The notes under the pieces are model-generated. The model was given only the letters and a program-made list of their open reading frames with translations, ran no database searches and was not told where the DNA came from. The position numbers and the translations under genes are program-made. A stretch of DNA of 64,000 nt, taken from positions 16,430,001-16,494,000 of the forward strand of contig CM120642.1 in assembly GCA_051362555.1 (NCBI GenBank), given 5' to 3'. The stretch comes from Lingula anatina. Its lineage: Eukaryota; Animalia; Brachiopoda. Position 1 is the first letter of the stretch. Each line of letters starts with the position of its first letter. Positions 27,283-37,525 of this stretch are shown here, piece after piece.

Positions 27283-28249
27283 TTACTCGAATTCTCCAAG
27301 GTCCTCCTCCTCCAATAAGCGCTCTAAATATCTGGCTTCATTCTAAAAAAGAGCATTTATTTTTTTTTATAAATCTCTAGGTTTGTAATATGCAGTATTT
27401 AAGGTTATATACTGGTACGTCTGTCCAACACTATCAAAAATTAGATTCGAATACGTTATCACAGAGTTTTAGACAATACATGCTTTTAAACCAAAAGAAA
27501 TACAAAAATGATCAAGAAATATTCAAGAAAAATGTATGTTATTCTATCTGCATCAACTGTTCAATATGATGTTTGTGAATTTGGAAAAAGTAAAAAAACT
27601 CTCTACTTTTAGTTGAAGTTAATTTAATGTGTGATTAAAATTTACCTGAGACTTTTCATCAGCATCATACAGGATTTTAATACCCCGCCGAGAACGCCGG
27701 CGACGCGCATGCCCTATAATAATTAATGTACTCATTAATTTGAACGGGTGACATATGTCCCATATGCTAACCCCAATACTACGACTGACCCCAATCTGTA
27801 CTTATCATATGGGACACCGGACGTCCATTACTAGGACTACCATTCCTGTCACACCGGCAGTGCATATTTGAAGTAACAGTTACTTTTATGAAAACTGTAT
27901 GCATTGGATCTTATTAATTACGTATTTAAAAAAACCGTTCAGTAATATGAAAATACAGCGCAATACTGTCATACGTAGTGACTAGTTTTAATTAAAATTT
28001 AAAAGTCAGGCGACGGTTTATCCAACGGAAATACACTCAAGGAAAAAAGAAACGCAACACTCAGTTATGGGATTTTTTTTTTTTTTTTTTTGGGGGGGGG
28101 GGGGGGGGGGAAGGGCAGAATAATTTTATCTTTATGATCTGCCAGTTTTATATGAACCCTACATCCATTTCTAATCCTCAAGCCAACTTTTTCGGCGTTT
28201 ACACATTGAATTTTTATGAGTCACATAACACAACCAAACAAAAGAGCCC

Positions 28250-28280
<31 letters not shown>

Positions 28281-28727
28281 ACCAAAAGTGACAGGAATTG
28301 CATCATACTGTCAATAGTCCAGACTTAAATCCCATTGAAAATGTATGGGATCTGCTCAGTTTGCGTGTCCGCCGACGTGAACATCCTCCCGAAACTCAGC
28401 AGCGAAACTCAGCAGAGGGCGGCAACTCAAACACTACTGCCGATCCATGAGGCGACGAATATCCGCTGTCCAGGATGCCAACGGGGGTCACGTGAACTAT
28501 TGACAGCATGATGCAATTCCTGTCAATTTTGGTTGGGGGGTGGGGGCTCTATTGTTTGGCTGTGTTATTGGATTCAAAAATGTGTAAACGCCAAAAAAGT
28601 TGGCCTGAGGATTAGAAATGGATGTGGGGTTCATATAAAACTGACGGATTTCAAAAATAAAATTATTCTGCCCCCCCCCCCCCCCAAACTCCCAAAAACA
28701 GAGTGTTAGGTTTCTTTTTTCCTCGAG

Positions 28728-28763
<36 letters not shown>

Positions 28764-28851
28764 TAAAAAGTCAATAACCTTCTGTAACAGCAAACATCTG
28801 CACGAGGAGAAGGGCCGTCATGAGGACTGCAAATACTTGCCACTTCTTCAT
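27283..28851 (-). CDS. Secreted Arg-rich peptide precursor, copy B (66 aa): MKKWQVFAVLMTALLLVQMFAVTEG-HARRRRSRRGIKILYDADEKSQ-NEARYLERLLEEEDLGEFE
   Basis: Exons 28851-28779, 27713-27646 and 27342-27283, with the same splice sites and phases as copy A. TATA at 28949-28942; AATAAA at 26822-26817. Confidence 0.85.
28034..28729 (+). mobile_element. Internally deleted Tc1/mariner element in intron 1 of peptide gene B
   Basis: Flanked by TA, with long TIRs (cactcaaggaaaaaagaaac... / ...gtttcttttttcctcgagta). Transposase remnants: SPDLNPIENVWDLL (~28315) and SMRRRISAVQDANGGHVNY* (~28444-28503). Absent from copies A and C. Confidence 0.9.
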
Positions 28852-28941
28852 GGTCGTCGGCTAGAGGTTCAGTCGAAGTGATTCTTGACCTTGTCTCTTC
28901 CAAGGGTTTGCTCTACTGTCATTCTATCTTTCCAGTTAATC

Positions 28942-28949
28942 TTTTTATA
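28942..28949 (-). promoter_or_regulatory. TATA box of peptide gene B
   Basis: Identical context to the copy A TATA box. Confidence 0.7.
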
Positions 28950-31900
28950 GGTTAGGCAAATGGACACACCCCTGCGCTGTGTGTCTTACTCTGTGTGCAG
29001 CCACTGCGCAACAGCCTGCTGCAGAAAATTATTTCTCACAGGCAATGTTTTCTATACGTCCAGTAAATTTACATCGTTTTTTGTGAATCGTACCCCAAGC
29101 TTCTGAAATAACAGTTGTCAATTTCGTCATTTTAAAATCTCCATATGAATGGGCCACTATATATCTTACGCTTGAAGGTTTTATCCCTGATATTCCCACT
29201 GATATTCATTTTCCAGATGGCTGTTCGTTCCCATAGCATCAGCTTCGCCTGTTTTTTTTCCTAAGCAGGTCTGTATGTCGTCGAATTCAAGGTATCTTAT
29301 CCCGCATATTCGCGCCTGATCGGGTTTTCTTGATAAAAAAATCATTTTCTCTTACTCACGAATCACTGCTCAGTCTGTCCATGCACTTGGATACAGCGTT
29401 TTATACCATTTTATTGTAACAATTCGGTTATTAATGTTTCTCATGCCGTTCAGACCATCATATCTTCCTGTACAGTTCAGAGGGAAAATATAGAATCGGG
29501 TACATATATTTGAGGAGTTTTATTGTTATTTAAAAATTCTCAGAAGGGAAAGATACGTTAATTTGCAGAATATCATGTGCTAGTAAACACCCAAACCCAT
29601 TATAGAGGTCTATTTCACATGCTGAAATATCAAAAGAAATAAAATTAAATGAATTCAATACTGTATTCAGTTTTTTAAAACATATGTGTTTAGAGCAAAA
29701 ATCCACGGCTGTCTCAATTTTAAATCCATATTTAATTTTTACCATGTCTATACATTATGTAAAAAGCCTAAATGGTAACCTATGTTCTGGTAACGTATGT
29801 TCCTGGCCATATAATTGTAATTATTGTAAAGCGTTCTAATATATTTTGTAGCGATTCAGTTATGGTAAATTATATAAGACGCAAGGATGTGTTTATAAAT
29901 ATTTAAACTTATTTAAATGTTTACTGATTTGAACTTATTTTACTGATTAATATTTAAAGTTATTTTATGTAACTTATTTTACTGTCAATAGAGTGTATCC
30001 CCCTCCCATTTTATACATGTAATATTCAGTGACAAGCAGACAAAAGTCGCTCAAAAATGAACTGCTCTATACGGAAGATTATCATAATTTTTACAACGTT
30101 ATACTTGTAGGAGATGTATGTGAATTAAAGAACAAAACCAGTGATGATTGAATTTTCAAAGTAAGGAAAACGTTTCCACAGCTAGACGTTTTGCATTTGT
30201 GACAGTAACGTGTGTTAAGATATGTACTTCATGGTATATTACCACTTCATGGGATAAATGCCCTGATTTAACTGACAAATCGACTTCACAGGCTAAAATG
30301 CGACTTCGGGTACATGTAAGACAATGAATTATTTTTTTATTATTCATGGTTCCAGGCGGATGAAACTTTGATACAAACTTCTTCATGTGGGACTCTTAAA
30401 TAATCAAACATTGTAATATGTGCACTAAAATTTTAAGGGCATGCCTGTGACCTCATTTGCACCTCTACATATAAAGAGACGTGCAGTAATTTGATTATTT
30501 TATTGGATCTACGGCAGAAATTATAATACAGTCATAAGCCACAAATCATGGCTCAAGAAGGAAAAGATCAGATTTTGGTAATGTTAATTAAATTTTCATC
30601 TTATGTCACAAATGGGCCAAGGAATAAATGATAAGTACTGAATTAACTAGGCATTGGTTAGTTATTACGTAATAATTTATCTTGGCGGAGGTTGAGCTTT
30701 CTGAGTGCTTTTCTAGTTTTATTATTGTGATTGTAAGTTTATTAAGCGGGTAATTCGTATTCTGTTTATATCGAAATCTGTTTCTCTCCTAATGTACTAG
30801 TCATGCAGCCAGTAGAAACACATACGTTACCACCGACACCAAATGGAATGAAGTAATATAAAATAAAATAAATAAATAAATAAACCGACGTGCGCGCACC
30901 AGTAACACAGTATTCGGATAACCACTTCCACTTTTTTACAGATGAATACACGGTTTTAAAGGTCTGGCCCAATTTCTCCTGGTTTGGTATGAGCCCTGTG
31001 ATCAAGGGTTCACTTAATGTCATCATTGCTGTCAGTGTCGGCTCAATTTAATAAGACGTAAATACTGCTTACATGGTCACAGTTGCTGAAAGTTTTACTT
31101 TTAACAATAGATATAACTGACATCAAAAGAGACGTGTCAACTGCATGATGACCACTTTCTGTGTATGGATGATATATATGGGTGTGCCTTGGGCAGTTTT
31201 TTATGTGTGCGGATTGTGGACAGTGTCCAAAAAACAGGCCTTTCGGATGGTACAATCAATTATTAATAGGTCAACATCCAAGAATGACGACAGTAATATA
31301 TTGACAGCATTGTGGTGGAAACTGCCACCTTAATTTTTCAAGTTATGGTTGAAGTTGCACACTTGTTTCCCTTACCCATTACGTACATGTACACGTCATG
31401 CGAAAAGAGACCTGGGCCTCTGTCAATAAGACATATCTGGTATAAACAAGGATGAAAAGCATCAAAGTCAGCGTTAATTCATCAAATACCTTTTATTTCA
31501 AAACTTGTTTGAATTAAATGAATGGATATAAAATAATTATCAAAGGGAAGTTAAAAGGAGGGGGTGGCATCAGGAAGATTTAAATGGTACGTTCGTCAAA
31601 TACTTTAGTTGTTTAAAACTTTTTTACTCCTTTTTAAGAAATTATGAATATAGTTGCATATTCTTCAGAAAACATGCCCATCTAACAATATCTTTAACCA
31701 AAAACACAAATTAAAAGCTCATTTTGTAAATTTTTGACTTTAAAAAACGCCCTTTTTGCTTAGCTTGCGAGTTAATGAGCTACGTGGTCACGTGGACCGA
31801 TGACGACAATAGTGCCACCGGAGGGGAGAGAGACAAGCAGCGCGTTTAGCTGTCAAACTGAGCTGCATTGTCTACCTGTAAGATGACTTTTCTGGCTCCT

Positions 31901-32143
31901 GATAAAAGTTCATACTCATTGAAACCTCTTACCCGAGGGTTCTAAATCCTCGTGAAGCTGTGTAAAGCCATTTTCCGTCTATTCAATTCTTTAACTAACA
32001 TTTAATTATGGTTAACCCAAGTTGTATAAAACACTGCATTCGAATGACTTGAGAGAACTGTTGATAATTCCATATGAGGTCCATGTTATTTGTGAAATTC
32101 AATTCATTTTATTAAAACGTTGCGCCCTATGGCTCATCAGAAT

Positions 32144-32185
32144 CTTGGACCTAAATAGAAAAGGTCTTCTCTATTTAGGTCCAAG
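32144..32185. mobile_element. 42-bp palindromic insertion with a 7-bp TSD (transposon footprint)
   Basis: tcagaat-[cttggacctaaatagaaaaggtcttctctatttaggtccaag]-tcagaat; the empty site is at 26722-26728. Confidence 0.8.
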
Positions 32186-33500
32186 TCAGAATGAAATGCA
32201 ATAAAATATACAGTCATGAAAACAGCAGAAATACAACTACTAGTAGTAACGATAAAAACTCATCAGACTGACGCTAATCTTAGCTCCGATGCACATTTTA
32301 AGTACTGTCATAAGTTGTTTAATTGTGAAACATAGTTAATGTATAACAATTTAATTAGCTTGAAACCACCATGCCAACCATGCTTTGTTTGATAAATTTT
32401 TGATGTATCGTTCTATAGCAAAAACATTTTTAAATTCTTAAAGGAATAAAATGTAATTCATCCTCAATGTCATCTAAAATACATAGTTTACAGGCTCTTA
32501 ATTTTTTTATTTTTCTGTTTACCTTCCAGTTTCTATAGCCAGATTATGCTTGGGCGTAACTACAGTAGGCATACGCACGGGTATGCGCACATTTTTTTTT
32601 TTTTTTTTTTTTTTTTTGTAAACCATGATATTATTTTATATAAATTTATGTATATCTCCTCTACCACAATGGGGCACTTGCAAATCTCCTCTAACACAAT
32701 GGGGACACTCATGCAGATAACCCTTAAGTTAATAGGTGTACTTCATTCATTGATTGTCTGATGTTTTCCAGGTATAACGATGAAGTGATTGGTAACTGTA
32801 CGGTTTGCGCTGGTACTTCATTGACACAAGAAGAACATTTTCTAAGGGTGCGTTCACAATGAGATTACCGTCCTAGTTAGATTGATCCAACTCTGGCTAA
32901 GCACACGAAAGTTAATCACCCTTTAGCTGTTTGAGGAGGCATATCATACAATCTAAATCAGATTGCATTCAGCAAGAGTCCCTGCAGAGTTGGATCAATC
33001 TACCTAGTGCACGAGTATAATTGTGAGCACACTCTATATTTACGTACACATTCCTAACACCTGTGTTACCTGCTGACTGTGAATAATTATAATTTGCTGT
33101 TGGCTTTGCTGTATGTATTATTATATCAAAACTGACAAAATGATTTAGTTAGTGCAACATTATTTTCTACTTTTTGTCTGTGAATTTGTCAGCTTTAATT
33201 GCTTCCTTGTTTTCTGAGGTATTTAGTTGTAAAGATTTCAAGAGTAAGGGATTTAAGTTTAAAACGGATCAACCCAGTGATAAGCCGTTGGCAATAAAGC
33301 CACCTGTACCTTATTTAAATCAAAACGAACAATGCTGGTTTTTAAGAATATTTATTTTTCACATAATCATCACTTGATATTCACACTGAAAGATATGTCT
33401 CTGGTTAATTCCGTACACTTTTCTGTACTACTTGTACAGCGAGAATTCTTTGTGCAGTTAATGTCACCATTAAGGTGGTCTCCAGTACAGAGTAGTTTAA

Positions 33501-33800
33501 GACCGCATTCACAACGAGTTGAGCCAGGCTTTACAAATCCTGAGACTAAATATGGCGGACGTACATGAAAGGAAAACCGCCTAATCTTTTAATAGTCTCT
33601 CCGCCTCTCACACGCCTCCCCACGCGTCGTCCCTGCGGGGGTACAGTCATTATATCTCGGCTCCATTGGGACTACACATGGAGAGGCGTGTGAGAGGCGG
33701 AGAGACTATTAAAAGATTAGGCGTTTTTCCTTTCATGTACGTACGCCATATTTAGTCTCAGGATTTGTAAAGCCTGGCTCAACTCGTTGTGAATGCGGTC
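33501..33800. mobile_element. 300-bp PIF/Harbinger-type MITE, TAA TSD, in the predicted 3' UTR of peptide gene C
   Basis: Near-perfect TIRs of about 120 bp (gaccgcattcacaacgagttgagcc... / ...ggctcaactcgttgtgaatgcggtc) with TAA on both sides; the empty site tttaaacctc is at ~27021. Confidence 0.9.
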
Positions 33801-34065
33801 TAAACCTCTTAAACATGGTGCACGTTGATAGCAGTCAAACATCACTTCTCAACTCGAATTAGTTTGCATATACCAGCATGTCACTGCATACATTGTGGGC
33901 AATTTTCTTCCGGTTTGATGTTTCTTATTTGTGTCAAATGCAAGTGTAAACTGTTATAGTTCAAGCCGTGCATTAATCCGCTTTACTGGACACTTCATAC
34001 TTTAGCTAAGGTTCTGTGTCATTGGCTAGCTAATCCTGTGACTAACACTTCAACATCAAGGTATT

Positions 34066-34851
34066 TTACTCGAATTCTGCAAGGTCCTCCTCCTCCTCCA
34101 ATAATCGCTCTATATATCGGGCTTCATTCTGAAAAAAAAGAGCATTTATTTTCTATAAATCTCTAGGTTTCTAATATGCAGTATTTAAGGTTATATACTG
34201 GTACGTCTGTCCAACACTATCAAAAATTAGATTCGAATACGTTATCGCAGAGTTTCAGACAATACATGCTTTTAAACCAAAAGAAATACAAAAATGATCA
34301 AGATATATTCCAGAAAAATGTTATTCTATCTCCATCAACTATTCAGCATGATGTTTGTCAAAATGGGAACAGTGAAAAAAAAATTGAACTCTTTACTTTT
34401 AGTTGAAGTTAATTCTATGCGTGATCAAAATTTACCAGAGACTTTTGTTTGACACCATCAGCATTATCCAGGATTTGAACATCTAGGCCAAGACGCCGAC
34501 GACGCCCAAACCCTATAATATTTAACGTACTCATTAATTTGAACGGGTGACATTTGTCCCATATACTAACCGCAATACTACGACCAAGGAGTTATAACTC
34601 CTTGCTACGACTAACCCCAACATGTACTTATCATATGGGACACCGGACGTCCATTACTAGGACTACCATTCCTGTCACACCGGCATTGCATATTTGAAGT
34701 AACAGTTACTTTTATGAAAACTGTATGCATTGGATCTTATTAATTACGTATTTAAAAAAAAACCGTTCAGTAATATGAAAATACAGCGCAATACTGTCAT
34801 ACGTAGTGACTAGTTTTGAGAAATTAAAATTTAAAGGTCGGGCGACGGTTT

Positions 34852-34884
<33 letters not shown>

Positions 34885-35015
34885 CCAATATTTATCCAAT
34901 ATATATATATATATATATATCGAGAAATAAAAAGACAATAACCTTCTGTAATGGCAAACATCTGCACGAGGAGAAGGGCCGTCATGAGGACTGCAAATAC
35001 TTGCCACTTCTTCAT
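34066..35015 (-). CDS. Secreted Arg-rich peptide precursor, copy C (70 aa): MKKWQVFAVLMTALLLVQMFAITEG-FGRRRRLGLDVQILDNADGVKQKSL-NEARYIERLLEEEEDLAEFE; promoter disrupted
   Basis: Exons 35015-34943, 34512-34436 and 34128-34066; ORF and splice sites are intact. AATAAA at 33356-33351. The 5' UTR is truncated by a LINE fragment at 35054. Confidence 0.75.
34585..34604. mobile_element. 20-bp perfect palindrome with a 7-bp TSD (transposon footprint)
   Basis: ctacgac-[caaggagttataactccttg]-ctacgac; empty sites at ~22356 and ~27779. Confidence 0.8.
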
Positions 35016-35053
35016 GGTCGTCGGCTAGAGGTTCAGTCAGAGTGATTCTTGAC

Positions 35054-35550
35054 GTTAAAGAAAACTTAGTTGTGGAAAAATATGTTAAGTATAATTTAAA
35101 AGCTGCAGAAAGATCGATCATGGCCCAGTTTAGATCAGGGGTTCTTCCATTATATGTAGAAACGGGCCGCTTTGCTAACAAAAAATTAGATGACAGACTA
35201 TGTATTCTTTGTAACACAAAAAAGTAGAAGATGAGTATAATTTTTTATTTGATTGTCCAATTTATAAAAATTTAAGGAAAAAATGGTTTGAAAAAGTAAA
35301 AGTGGGTGATCTTATCTTTCATGACCTGGAAGAGGTTAAAGAGAGACCTCAAGTGCTTTTTACAGATTTTCATAGAAGCACAGCGAGGTTTCTCTTTAAC
35401 TGCTTTCAGGTCAGAAAGAAGCTTCTATATAACTAGTGTTTGGTAACCGGTGACTATGTAAGCCCATAGGGCTGGGCCGTTCCTTATATATTCACATTAT
35501 TGTATTATATTTGTATATATTCGGCATTGTCACGGAAATAAATCAATTTA
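35054..35550 (+). mobile_element. 5'-truncated non-LTR retrotransposon (ORF2 C-terminus plus 3' UTR)
   Basis: Frameshifted ERSIMAQFRSGVLPLYVETGRF...RLCILCNT/KVEDEYNFLFDCPIYKNLR, the Cys-rich tail typical of LINE ORF2 proteins; stop at ~35436 and AATAAA at ~35536. Confidence 0.85.
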
Positions 35551-37525
35551 ACTATATTCTTTTTCCAGATGGCGGTTCGTTCCCAAAGCTTCGGCTTGGA
35601 CTTTTTTTCCTAAGCAGGTCTGTGTGTCGTCGAATTCAAGGTATCTTATCCCGCAGATTCGCGCCTGATCGGGTTTTCTTGAAATTTTTTTTCTCTTACT
35701 CACGAATCACTGCTCAGTCCTTCCATGCACTGGGATTCGGCGTTTTATACCATTTTATTGTAACAATTAGGTTATTAATGTTTCTCGTGCCGTTCAGACC
35801 ATCATACATGTATAAAGAGACGTACAGTTATTTGATTATTTTATTGGATTTACGGCAGAAATTATAATACTGTCATAAGCCACAAATCATGGCTCAAGAA
35901 GGAAAAGATCAAATTTTGGTAGTGAGCCATTAATTTTTTTAAAATTTTCTTCTTATGTCGCAAATGGACCAAGGAATAAATGATAAGATTTTTCTGATTA
36001 GTACTTAATTATCTAATATGTATTGGTTAGTTATTACGTAATTATTTATCTTGGCGGGGGTTGAGCTCCCTGAGTGCTTTTCTAGTTTTATTATTGTGAT
36101 TGTTTAACAATTTGCCATCTTTATCCTGTCTATAATATCTGCAAGTGCTGGAAGTTTATTAAGCAGGTAATTCGTATTCTGTTTATATTGAAATCTGTTT
36201 CTCTCCTAGTTGTACTAGACAAGCAGCCAGTAGAAACACGCACGTTACCCCCGACATCAAATGGAAGGAAGTAATATAAAATAAAATATAAATAGATAAA
36301 CCGACGTGCGCGCACCAGTAACACAGTATTCGGATAACCATTTTCAATTTTTTTACAAATGAATACACGATTTTTGAAGGACTGGCCCAATTTCTCCTGG
36401 TTTGGTATGACACCCGGTGATCAAGGGTTCAGTTAATGTCATCCCTGCTGTCAGTATCGGCTCAAATCAATAAGATAAATACTGCTTACATGGTCAAAGA
36501 TGCTGAAAGTTTTACTTTTAACAATAAATATAACTGTCATCTGTGGAGACGTGTCAAGTGCATGATGACCATTCTTTGTGTATGGATGATATATGGGTGT
36601 GCCTTGGGCAGTGTTTTTTGTGTTCGGATTGTGGACAGTGCCCAAAGACACGCTTTTCGGATGGTACAATCAATTATTAATAGGTCAACATCCCAGAATG
36701 ACGACAGTTATATATTGACAGCATTGTGGTGGAAGCTGTCACCTTAATTTTTCAAGTTATGGTTGCACACTTGTTTACCTATTACGTACATGTACACGTC
36801 ATGCCAAAATAGACCTAGGCCCCTGTTGAATAAGACATTTCTGGTATTAACAAAGATGCAAAGCAGCAAATTCGGAGTTTGTTCAGCATATATTTTTTTA
36901 TTTCAAAATACTAAAACTTTTTTGAATTAAATTTTGAATTAAATGAATGGGTATAGAAGTAACCATCACAGGGAAGGAAAAAGGAGGGGTGGCATCAGGA
37001 AGATTTTAATGTTATGCTCGTCTTCAAATAATTGTTTTTATGCCCCTTTTGAAGAAATTTTGAACACAGTTGCATGTTATTAGCTAGACAGTTGGAATAC
37101 ATACTCATGGGTTTGCCGACCTGGCACCAATGTGTAACAACGTGTGTTGCAAATTTTGGGCAAGATACATATACAGCGGGCGTGGATTTCAAGTTGCGCA
37201 TTTAAACCACTTCTACTTCTACAATACGACTTACACAAAGTGAACATGCCAAATTAACCTCTCCTTAAGCACCCATCACCACTACCATCAACCCCCCCCC
37301 CCCCCCCCCCAACGTTTTAAAATTACACCTTCAAATTTTGGGTCGTAAATTGCATACTTATTCAAAGGAAACTACTGAGGGATAACTACAGCACAGTCGA
37401 GTTTTGAGGCATAAATTTGATTTTAAATGTCTTTAAATTACAGTTATCAACCATGCACAGCAATTTAGAGTCAAAGGGCGAGCAACGATGCCGAACAACC
37501 ACTGTGACAGCTAATACATAAGTTA

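Larger units (their letters stand above)
20550..37080. repeat. Tandem triplicated segment (units roughly 20.55-24.32 kb, 26.46-32.2 kb and 32.66-37.08 kb)
   Basis: Long collinear blocks recur three times (e.g. 21320/26760/33295, 22380/27800/34627, 23180/30730/36150), interrupted by copy-specific insertions and deletions. Confidence 0.92.
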
